Assembly (NCBI GenBank): GCA_034660175.1
Contig: JAYEIQ010000020.1
Coordinates: 1 to 59,694 of the forward strand
Length of the DNA stretch: 59,694 nucleotides
From: Patescibacteria group bacterium
GTDB lineage: Bacteria > Patescibacteriota > Minisyncoccia > Moranbacterales > DUUL01
Reading direction: 5' to 3'
Positions 1 through 8,177 of the stretch are shown here, piece after piece. The translations under genes and the position numbers were made by a program. The notes beneath the pieces are model-generated. The model made no database searches and was not told the origin of the DNA. It saw only the letters and a program-made list of their open reading frames with translations. Each line of letters opens with the position of its first letter. Position 1 is the first letter of the stretch.

Positions 1-92
1 GATTTTTTCCAAAGAGGTTTGTGCGGCATCAAAGGAAAGAAAAGTGTTCTTTGAAAAAAGGCGATCTACACGTAATATTTTTAAAGGTACTA

Positions 93-419
93 ATGGAACA
101 AGAAGTTAACAAGAAAAAACTATTTGTCGGTAGTCTAAATTACGACACAACTGAAGAAGCTCTCAAAGAGTATTTTTCACAAGCTGGAACTGTTGAGTCA
201 GCAGTCATCATCATGGACAAGATGTCTGGTCGCTCAAAAGGATTTGGTTTTGTTGAGATGTCAACAGAAGAAGAAGCACAAAAAGCTGTTGAGATGTTTG
301 ATGGAAAAGAGTTTGAAGGAAGAGACTTGACTGTAAACGAAGCACGACCTCCACGAAAGAACTTCCGAGACAACAATCAGAATTTCAACGACGGAGGAGA
401 AAGCAATAGCAACTGGTAG
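93..419 (+). CDS. RRM (RNP-1) RNA-binding protein
   Basis: RNP2 LFVGSL and RNP1 KGFGFVEM motifs; ATG at 93 is in frame with ORF 21..419. Confidence 0.93.
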   Translation: MEQEVNKKKLFVGSLNYDTTEEALKEYFSQAGTVESAVIIMDKMSGRSKGFGFVEMSTEEEAQKAVEMFDGKEFEGRDLTVNEARPPRKNFRDNNQNFNDGGESNSNW

Positions 420-442
420 ACCTTTTGATATTGTCAGATCTT

Positions 443-472
443 AAAGCAGGGTTCGCACAGCCCTGTTTTTTG
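443..472 (+). terminator. Intrinsic terminator after RRM gene
   Basis: AAAGCAGGGTT-loop-AGCCCTGTTTT stem followed by T run. Confidence 0.7.
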
Positions 473-699
473 TTTGGGAAATTTTCAATTATAGGGCTTG
501 TGTGTTTGAGTCCAGGAGAGTTGTGTTTTGCCAAAAAAGTTATTTTTCTTCGGCCTTTCGCAAGCACGGCAGCTGCGAAAAACAACATTTTTTGACAAGG
601 CTAGGGCGGATGGATTGAGGTGTGTAATTCTCGTATAATTTGATTGGTAATATTTTTTCAACATGTTAGAATAAAAACATAACAATTAGCACCAAAAAC

Positions 700-1455
700 A
701 TGCCAATTATCATCATTCTGGCGTTGCTTTTGATTGTTGCTTCGATTAAGCAAATCAATCAATACCAAAGAGGTGTGAAATTCACACTGGGAAAATTCAC
801 AGGAATAATGAATCCTGGTTGGAGGATTGTGATTCCAATTTTTCAGGGATATCAGAAAGTTGACATGAGAGTGAAAGCGGTGGATGTTCCAGATCAGGAG
901 GCAATCACCAAAGACAACATCTCAGTTCGTGTGAACGCTGTGATTTATTACAAGGTTAAAGATGCAGAGAAGGCAATCATTGAGGTGGAAAATTTCTTTT
1001 TTGCAGTCTCACAACTTGCACAAACCACAATGAGAAATGTTGCTGGTGAAGTGAGTTTGGACGAGCTGCTTTCCAAGCGCGATGAGATTGCCAACAAGAT
1101 CAAGGACATTGTTGACAGGGCTACTGATGCTTGGGGGATTGATGTCAATTCTGTTGAACTCAAAGATGTTACGCTCCCAGAGGAAATGAAGCGTGTGATC
1201 GGGAAGCAGGCTGAAGCAGAAAGAGAGAAGAGATCGGTCATTATCAAGGCGGAGGGTGAGGTTATTGCCTCAGAGAACCTTGCAAAAGCTGCAAACACGC
1301 TTTCAAAAACAACTGGTGCTCTTCACTTACGCACACTGAACACGCTCAATGACCTTTCTTCCGATCAATCAAACACTGTTATCTTCGCTCTTCCGCTGGA
1401 AGTTTTGCGAGCGTTTGAAAGGGTTGGAATGGACATAAACAAAAACAAAGCTTAA
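700..1455 (+). CDS. SPFH/band 7 (slipin/stomatin-like) membrane protein
   Basis: N-terminal TM; ITKDNISV, AQTTMRNV and QAEAEREKR..I.AEGE motifs. Confidence 0.93.
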   Translation: MPIIIILALLLIVASIKQINQYQRGVKFTLGKFTGIMNPGWRIVIPIFQGYQKVDMRVKAVDVPDQEAITKDNISVRVNAVIYYKVKDAEKAIIEVENFFFAVSQLAQTTMRNVAGEVSLDELLSKRDEIANKIKDIVDRATDAWGIDVNSVELKDVTLPEEMKRVIGKQAEAEREKRSVIIKAEGEVIASENLAKAANTLSKTTGALHLRTLNTLNDLSSDQSNTVIFALPLEVLRAFERVGMDINKNKA

Positions 1456-1475
1456 AAGAGAGGTGATCAAAATCA

Positions 1476-1676
1476 ATGGAATGCAGGCGTGAGGAAAATC
1501 TTGAAAATTGCAATTGTAGCTATCCAGGATGCCCAAGAAAAGGTCTATGCTGTGAGTGTGTGAGACATCATAGAGAAATAGGTGAATTGCCGGGCTGTTT
1601 TTTTGACGAAAAAATTGAAAAAACCTACGATCGTTCAATAAAAAAGTACATTGAAGCACGTAGTAATAATCCCTAA
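1476..1676 (+). CDS. Small Cys-rich protein (DUF6485-like)
   Basis: CNCSYPGCPRKGLCCECVRHH...LPGCFF pattern; GAGGTG SD upstream. Confidence 0.75.
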   Translation: MECRREENLENCNCSYPGCPRKGLCCECVRHHREIGELPGCFFDEKIEKTYDRSIKKYIEARSNNP

Positions 1677-1686
1677 TACTTTTAAC

Positions 1687-1998
1687 ATGGACCTGCAAAA
1701 ACTTAAGATCCTAAAAGAAGACGAAAGAGGAGTGATCTATTATTGCGAAAAAGTTAATCTAATTGTCAGAAAAAAGGGAGCAAGGGGCGCAGATCACACA
1801 CATGAAATGCCCGAAACTCTCTATCTAACCAAAGGAAAAATAGAACTAACAGTGGGAGATGAAACCAAGATTGTGGAAGCTCCAACAAGGATCAAGATTG
1901 GTCCAAATGTATACCACAAAGACCTTGCACTCACAGATATTGAAATGATCGAAGACAAGAATGAGGGAGTGGAAAATACATACGAAAACGTTGACTAG
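1687..1998 (+). CDS. Cupin-domain protein
   Basis: HTHEMPE...G.I.L and I.PNVYH cupin motifs; likely start ATG 1687. Confidence 0.75.
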   Translation: MDLQKLKILKEDERGVIYYCEKVNLIVRKKGARGADHTHEMPETLYLTKGKIELTVGDETKIVEAPTRIKIGPNVYHKDLALTDIEMIEDKNEGVENTYENVD

Positions 1999-2065
1999 GC
2001 GGAATTCCTAGGACGGATAATTTGTGCTATAATAAAGACAACTAAATATTCAAAAAAAACAAAAA

Positions 2066-3898
2066 ATGAAAATTGCAAAAAAAGTGATTTCGCTTTTTGC
2101 TGTTTGTGCTGTTGCTTCTTCGGCAGTGGCTTTTATGGCAAATGCCGACGGAATAGTTGTTTCGCCACCAAGTAGGAAAGTTTTTGAAACAGATCAAAAG
2201 GCAGTCATTTTCTTTGAAGACGGAATGGAGAATTTGATTCTGTCAATTTCTTTTCAAGGTGATGCTGGTGATTTTGCCTGGATTGTGCCAACTCCAGCAA
2301 AACCAGAGGTTGAAAAATCAACAGACGCTCTTTTCACAAGACTTGATGAATTGACTAAGCCTGAATATCCAGAGCCAGCAAGGGACCTTCCGTTGTTGCA
2401 AGGAGGTTTCAGCGGAGACAATGCAGAAAAAGGTGTCACCGTGATTGAAACAAAAAAAATAGACTATTATGATATCAGCGTTTTGGAGGCTTCTGACAAT
2501 CAGTCTCTGTATAATTGGCTCAATGACCATGGATATCGTTTCGCTCAAGCAGGGAATTATATAATCGACGAATATATTCAGAAGGGCTGGTATTTCACTG
2601 CAGTGAAAATTGACTCTGACAGACAAAACTTGGCTCAGGGTCAAATGAGCAGTGGGCATGCAACGCCACTCAAGCTTAGCTTTGCAACGGACCAGATTGT
2701 TTATCCACTGAAAATTTCATCTTTGAGTGGAGTGGAAGACAATGCGCCTGATGGACAAATTACGTACGTTGACGGTGCTGACAGTAAAGCCGCAAAACTG
2801 GACAGTGATCGGATATTGGCAACTGACAAGGTGTTGACTGGTTTTGCTGCAGAAAACGGAAAGATTAGCTTTGGTCTCAAGAAAAGATCCAGTGATCCCG
2901 TGCACAAGATCGTGGGAGTTCGTTCAACGAACAATAGTGGAACAGAATATGACTCTGTGATAATCACCAATAATAGAAATAACGTTTTCCAGATCACAAT
3001 AGTTAAGGACTCTTACGAACAATATCAGGTTGATTTGGGTAGTGACTTCAAGGAAAACGAGTGGCAGAAATTCGATTTTTCTTGGAAGAAAAGTGCTGCT
3101 GGAAAAGGTTTTGATGTGACATTTATGATTGATGGGGCAGAGCGAACATTGAATAGAACAATGACATCAAACAATTATGCAAAAGCCTCTACGGAGCTTC
3201 CAAGGGTTGTTGTGGGAGGAAACTATTTCGAAGCGCAAACTGGTTATGCAGATGGCTTGGGTGCTAGCGACAGGAGTGCTGTGAGAAGGGTTCCAAATAT
3301 TTATATTGACAGAACAGCAGATCTTTTGCTGGATAATCTGAAGATAAATTCAAATGGGAAAAATGTGTTCAGTGCAAATTTTGATGACAATCTTGATATT
3401 TCTCTTGATGGCAGTAATGAAGTCATGAGAATATTTTCCAAGACAATCTATAACAACAATACATATCCTCAAATGGATTCAATGGGTGTTTTGCTCTATA
3501 TTTTTGCTGAGAAAAAATATGACATTGCCGGTTTTGATCAGCAATATGCTGGAGGAATAGACAAGGAAAGCATTGAAAACATTGCAAAATTGGATGGAAA
3601 AATTCCATGGATCTCTCCCAAGAAGAATAAATATTTCTTGACAAGACACTATCGATACATGACAACATCTGAAATGAGCGAAGATCTCTATCCCACGGAA
3701 AGTGAGGATCAGAGCTTGTATAATTTTGTTGGTAATGATGAAACAAAAATGATCTGGGTGTTTGTCTTGATCGGTCTGAGTCTTGTTTCTTTGGGATCTA
3801 TGGTTGGGTTTGTTTTGAAAAACGAAAAGAAAAAGAATTTGCCGGTAAAAGCTATGCCACACGAATTGAAAAAAATCGAAAACAAAAAAAGGAAATAA
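2066..3898 (+). CDS. DUF2330-like exported protein with a central insert and C-terminal TM anchor
   Basis: Signal peptide; FAWIVPTP, L.NWL..HGY, YIQKGWYFTAVK, PLKLSF...YPLKISS motifs; FLTR near the end; C-terminal TM plus basic tail. Confidence 0.75.
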   Translation: MKIAKKVISLFAVCAVASSAVAFMANADGIVVSPPSRKVFETDQKAVIFFEDGMENLILSISFQGDAGDFAWIVPTPAKPEVEKSTDALFTRLDELTKPEYPEPARDLPLLQGGFSGDNAEKGVTVIETKKIDYYDISVLEASDNQSLYNWLNDHGYRFAQAGNYIIDEYIQKGWYFTAVKIDSDRQNLAQGQMSSGHATPLKLSFATDQIVYPLKISSLSGVEDNAPDGQITYVDGADSKAAKLDSDRILATDKVLTGFAAENGKISFGLKKRSSDPVHKIVGVRSTNNSGTEYDSVIITNNRNNVFQITIVKDSYEQYQVDLGSDFKENEWQKFDFSWKKSAAGKGFDVTFMIDGAERTLNRTMTSNNYAKASTELPRVVVGGNYFEAQTGYADGLGASDRSAVRRVPNIYIDRTADLLLDNLKINSNGKNVFSANFDDNLDISLDGSNEVMRIFSKTIYNNNTYPQMDSMGVLLYIFAEKKYDIAGFDQQYAGGIDKESIENIAKLDGKIPWISPKKNKYFLTRHYRYMTTSEMSEDLYPTESEDQSLYNFVGNDETKMIWVFVLIGLSLVSLGSMVGFVLKNEKKKNLPVKAMPHELKKIENKKRK

Positions 3899-3914
3899 TC
3901 ATTGAAAGAATAGA

Positions 3915-4661
3915 ATGTTCTTTTTAAATTTTCTGGGTATAGTAGTCGTTATAGTTCTTGTGATCTATCTTAATAATAAAAATAAAAAAATGGATAACAA
4001 CCAAAATCAACCAAACAACAAAGGAAATGTTCTTCCTGGCAATGCAAATCAAAGTCCTGGTCCAGTAATGTCTCCGGCTCCACCAAAGCCGGTCAAGAGT
4101 AAATATTCTTTGCTTGGAATTTTTATGGCAATCATTTTGTTTGGTGTCATGGTGATGTTGTGTGAGAGAATCATTTTCGATCTCAATCGTTTGGTTAATC
4201 CTGTTATCGATAAGGGGTATACGGAGTCAATGAACCAATATCAAGGTGCATTGCGAAGGGGATATGAATATTCAGCACCTCAACTCCAGAGTTCAAAGAT
4301 GCTTTCTGAATCAATGGGAGTTTCTCCAAACACTCGAATATACTACAAAGCCTCAGAAAAAGGACGATATATGATGTGGAAATTGATTATTCATGCATGT
4401 GTGATTATTCCAATTTTTGTTTTATCTTTTGTATTGTTCTATTTCAGGAAGAAAAACAAGCAGTTGAGGCCACTCCTGATCAGCTTTATGTTTTTTGCAT
4501 TCTGGATGATATTTCATTTGTTGGGTGAAACAATAAATTTTGTGATGGATGAATATAGAAACATAGCTATTTATGTGATCTTGGTGATTTTGGCAGCTGT
4601 TTTTGGAGTGCTAGCATACTACACGCAGACAAAATATGAAAAGAAAGAGGGAGAAGCGTAA
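3915..4661 (+). CDS. Hypothetical multi-pass membrane protein
   Basis: 248 aa ORF with about 5 hydrophobic segments; collinear with neighbours. Confidence 0.7.
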   Translation: MFFLNFLGIVVVIVLVIYLNNKNKKMDNNQNQPNNKGNVLPGNANQSPGPVMSPAPPKPVKSKYSLLGIFMAIILFGVMVMLCERIIFDLNRLVNPVIDKGYTESMNQYQGALRRGYEYSAPQLQSSKMLSESMGVSPNTRIYYKASEKGRYMMWKLIIHACVIIPIFVLSFVLFYFRKKNKQLRPLLISFMFFAFWMIFHLLGETINFVMDEYRNIAIYVILVILAAVFGVLAYYTQTKYEKKEGEA

Positions 4662-4678
4662 AAACTATTGAAAATGAG

Positions 4679-5020
4679 ATGTCTGAAATAAGAAAAATTC
4701 ATGTTTGGCCATTTGCGAGAAGCGTTTCCATCTTTGGTGCTGAGACAACGCTTATTATTCCAACTTTTGTTGTCATTGTGGCGGGCATGTTGGAAGCAGT
4801 ATTTTGGGGATATGGATCGATGGACGTTGAATATTTGATTGAAATATTCCTTGAAGAAGAATTTATTTTCTTTTACATATTCATTATTTCTGTTACAACG
4901 TTGGTCTCGCTAGTGCTTGGTGCGCTTGGTGCTTTCGTGTATAATTTAATCAGTGAGAAATTGGGAGGAATTCAAATGGACATCAACTATTTGGGAACCG
5001 TTGAAAAGTCACAGGAGTAG
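4679..5020 (+). CDS. Small membrane protein (DUF3566-like)
   Basis: Two TM segments; C-terminal YNLIS..LGGI motif. Confidence 0.6.
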   Translation: MSEIRKIHVWPFARSVSIFGAETTLIIPTFVVIVAGMLEAVFWGYGSMDVEYLIEIFLEEEFIFFYIFIISVTTLVSLVLGALGAFVYNLISEKLGGIQMDINYLGTVEKSQE

Positions 5021-5082
5021 GAGGATCAGAAATAGTAATCAAATAAAGCAGAATAACTGAAAAGTTCAAATAAAAAATAAAC

Positions 5083-6588
5083 TTGAAAAACAAAGGTAAA
5101 AAAATCTTAGCAGTATTTTTAGGATTGGCGATGTTATCGACAGTTTTTGTTGTGCCAGGTGGTTATTTTGTGAAAAATGTGGATGCTGCTACTGGAGATG
5201 CTGAGTCTGGTGATTCTGATTTTGAAAAATATTTGAAATATGACAAGTTCAAAAAGGATGATCGCAGAAGCAAATATCGGAAATATAAAAAAGCCAAGGA
5301 TAAATATGGCTTTGATTCATCAGCTGATAAGTTTGCTGCTAAGCTCTGTTATTATAAAATAAAAGAAATGAAAAAGATCGGGGTACCCAGTGCAGTGCGT
5401 AAACTTGATTCTTGTTATGAGGATTACAAAGATTACAAAAATTACAAAAAAAAATACAGACGACCATATAAAAAATACAAGAAATATAAAAAGTACAATA
5501 AGGAGGAATATGACCAAGATGGAAGATATGACCGCTATGATGAGCCTTCTTATGAAGCAGCCTATAAAAGATACAGGCGGACTCAGGGAAATAATCAAGC
5601 AACTTTGGGTGGTGGTTCATTGGGACCGAGCATTAGTGTTGGATTACATGCGATGATTGACGAGCAAATTGAAGATGATTCGTTTAGAATTAGAGCTTTC
5701 GATCCAGACAATGATGATAATCCTGATAATGATGATGCGTTGCCCTTTGACATTAAAGACAGGAACGGTGATCTTGTAGCCAGTGTTGCTGAAGGTGAAC
5801 AGGCTCGTGTGAAATATATAAGCAACAATGAGTTTGTTTTGTATCATTTTGATGGAACAACAGAACATAACAGCACAACAACTGTTTCAAGGCAGATAAA
5901 TTTTGAACCACAAAGTGCAGACGAGGACGATATATGGTTTGAGATTTATCATTCTTCGTATGGGAGCTCATATGACAAGTTCAGAGATAAAGTCAGACTG
6001 AATTATTATGATCCTTCGGGAAGTGGCAATGATAGAACCTGGATCATTAATATTTTGCCACTAGAGCATTATGTTTGGGGAATGGGAGAGATCACTGGAA
6101 CTGGTGATATGGACTATAATCGCACTATGACAATTTCCTATAGAACATATGGTTATTGGAAGATGAAATATAGTACTGCCTATGCAGCTCATGGCTTCAA
6201 AGTTAATGCAACACCTGGGAATCAGATCTACCGAGGATATGTTTGGGAAACAACTTATGACAGGATCAGGCTTGCAGCAGAAGACACAAGAGGAAAAATT
6301 GTTATTTATGATGGGAGAATAGCAATTACTCCTTACAGCTCATGGACTGATGGTCGAACGCGTAGTTTTGAAGATCGTTGGGGATCAACAAATTATCCTT
6401 GGTGTCAATCGGTGAGTGATCCTTGGGGCGAGCATCCAACAAAAAGTACGAGGCAGCTTGTTTCTGATGGTAATCATATGGTGGGGCTTTCTGCTCACGG
6501 AGCTCTTGATCGAGCTGATGCTGGTTGGAGCTATACACGTATTCTGGAGTATTATTATGATGGAATAGACATTTATACTGCATATTAG
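5083..6588 (+). CDS. SpoIID/LytB-domain exported protein with Lys/Tyr-rich N-terminal region
   Basis: IN.LPLEHYV.G..E, QIYRG, YPW..SVSDP, GNHMVGLS..GA, GWSY..IL.YYY motifs. Confidence 0.85.
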   Translation: MKNKGKKILAVFLGLAMLSTVFVVPGGYFVKNVDAATGDAESGDSDFEKYLKYDKFKKDDRRSKYRKYKKAKDKYGFDSSADKFAAKLCYYKIKEMKKIGVPSAVRKLDSCYEDYKDYKNYKKKYRRPYKKYKKYKKYNKEEYDQDGRYDRYDEPSYEAAYKRYRRTQGNNQATLGGGSLGPSISVGLHAMIDEQIEDDSFRIRAFDPDNDDNPDNDDALPFDIKDRNGDLVASVAEGEQARVKYISNNEFVLYHFDGTTEHNSTTTVSRQINFEPQSADEDDIWFEIYHSSYGSSYDKFRDKVRLNYYDPSGSGNDRTWIINILPLEHYVWGMGEITGTGDMDYNRTMTISYRTYGYWKMKYSTAYAAHGFKVNATPGNQIYRGYVWETTYDRIRLAAEDTRGKIVIYDGRIAITPYSSWTDGRTRSFEDRWGSTNYPWCQSVSDPWGEHPTKSTRQLVSDGNHMVGLSAHGALDRADAGWSYTRILEYYYDGIDIYTAY

Positions 6589-6603
6589 TAAAATTAAAAA
6601 GGC

Positions 6604-7131
6604 ATGAAGAGGTTTTTTATCGTAATTGTTATCTTGGCGACAGTTTCTGTGGCTGCATATTATGTTTGGCAAGGGCGTGAAGAGTTTTTATTTCAAGGTG
6701 AAGAGAGCTATGAAGTGAATGAAGAATTTGATGAAGAGGAGAATGGTCTTGACAATCTGGATGATGAAGAGGAAGAATACAAACTTAAAACTGAAGAAGA
6801 AAAAAAGGAAGAAGAAGAGAGAAAATTGGATGATCTGGATGAAGAAGAAATGAGTCTCATCTTAGCTAGTGACTGCGACAACGAATGTGAGGACTGGGAA
6901 GATGACAAAGAAGAATTTGAAATTTGTCAAGAAATTTGTGGGCTCAGGGATGACAGTGATGATTCAAATGATGACTGCGATGACCTTGAGGATATAGAAG
7001 CGGATATATGTTATCGTCGCAAAGCGATAGATGAAAAAGACTTTTCTATTTGCAAAAAAATTGATGATGACAGCTTGAGGAAAAACTGTGAGAACAGGGT
7101 GACAGAAGAAATTTTAGATGACCAAAATTAA
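6604..7131 (+). CDS. Acidic Cys-repeat membrane-anchored protein
   Basis: N-terminal TM, D/E-rich linker, C-terminal CY...A....D...C..I......C module. Confidence 0.7.
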   Translation: MKRFFIVIVILATVSVAAYYVWQGREEFLFQGEESYEVNEEFDEEENGLDNLDDEEEEYKLKTEEEKKEEEERKLDDLDEEEMSLILASDCDNECEDWEDDKEEFEICQEICGLRDDSDDSNDDCDDLEDIEADICYRRKAIDEKDFSICKKIDDDSLRKNCENRVTEEILDDQN

Positions 7132-7158
7132 TAGAAATATTTAATTTCAAGAAAAACA

Positions 7159-7737
7159 ATGAAAAAAACATTGGAGAATTTGGCCAAAGCGTTTATTAGT
7201 GAGTCACAAGCTCGTAATCGCTACACTATGTTTGCCAAGACGGCCAAAAAAGAGGGATTTGAGCAGATTGCAGCAGTTTTTGAGGAAACTGCAGATCAGG
7301 AAAGAGAGCATGCAAAATGGCTTTTTCGTATGATTTGTGATCTCAATGGGAAGGAAAAAACAGGAGAAATAAAAGTTGAATCAAGAGTTCCTTTTGTTTG
7401 TGGAAGCACGATTGATAATCTAGCAGAGGCAATCAATGGAGAAAATTATGAGCATACCCAGATGTATCCTCAGTTTGCCGAGACAGCAGAGGAAGAGGGG
7501 TTGACTGATGTCGCTGCACGTTTACGTTCAATCGCGATTGCAGAAACTCATCATGAAGAGCGATATAAGAAACTCAAAGATGTTTTTGAAGAGAGTTCAG
7601 TTTTCAAGAAAAAAGAAGAAAAAGTTTGGATTTGCCGAAAATGTGGATATATGAAAAAGGGGAATGAAGCTCCTAGCATTTGTTCTTCTTGTGGCCATCC
7701 CCAAGGATATTTTCAAACTCAAAATGAGACATACTAA
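7159..7737 (+). CDS. rbr: Rubrerythrin
   Basis: ESQARNRY, EREHA, GENYE..MYP, ETHH diiron ligands; CRKCG and CSSCG rubredoxin domain. Confidence 0.95.
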   Translation: MKKTLENLAKAFISESQARNRYTMFAKTAKKEGFEQIAAVFEETADQEREHAKWLFRMICDLNGKEKTGEIKVESRVPFVCGSTIDNLAEAINGENYEHTQMYPQFAETAEEEGLTDVAARLRSIAIAETHHEERYKKLKDVFEESSVFKKKEEKVWICRKCGYMKKGNEAPSICSSCGHPQGYFQTQNETY

Positions 7738-7753
7738 TATTTAAATTAAAAAA

Positions 7754-8143
7754 ATGGCTAATGTTCAAAATAAAAAAGAGATTTTCAAATGCAGTGTTTG
7801 CGGAAACATTGTTGAGGTTCTCCATGTTGGTGGTGCTGAATTAGTGTGTTGTGGCCAGTCGATGGACTTTCAAGCAGAGAAAACTCAGGATGAAGGGAGC
7901 GAAAAACATATTCCAGTAATTGAAAAAACTGAAAACGGATTCAAAGTGACAGTTGGTTCGGTGGAACATCCAATGGAGCAAGATCACCATATCGAATGGA
8001 TAGAATTGATTGTAGATGGAAATTTTTACGCAAGAAAATTTTTATCTGTGGGGAAATCTCCACAAGCAGAATTTGACTATTCTGGAGACGGTAAAGTTGG
8101 AGCGAGGGAATATTGCAATCTCCATGGGCTTTGGAAGGCGTGA
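7754..8143 (+). CDS. dfx: Desulfoferrodoxin (superoxide reductase)
   Basis: CSVCGN...CCGQ desulforedoxin domain; EKHIP, HPM...[14 protein letters not shown]. Confidence 0.95.
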   Translation: MANVQNKKEIFKCSVCGNIVEVLHVGGAELVCCGQSMDFQAEKTQDEGSEKHIPVIEKTENGFKVTVGSVEHPMEQDHHIEWIELIVDGNFYARKFLSVGKSPQAEFDYSGDGKVGAREYCNLHGLWKA

Positions 8144-8177
8144 ACTAGTCTAAGCATATAAAACTCAATAACAAAAA

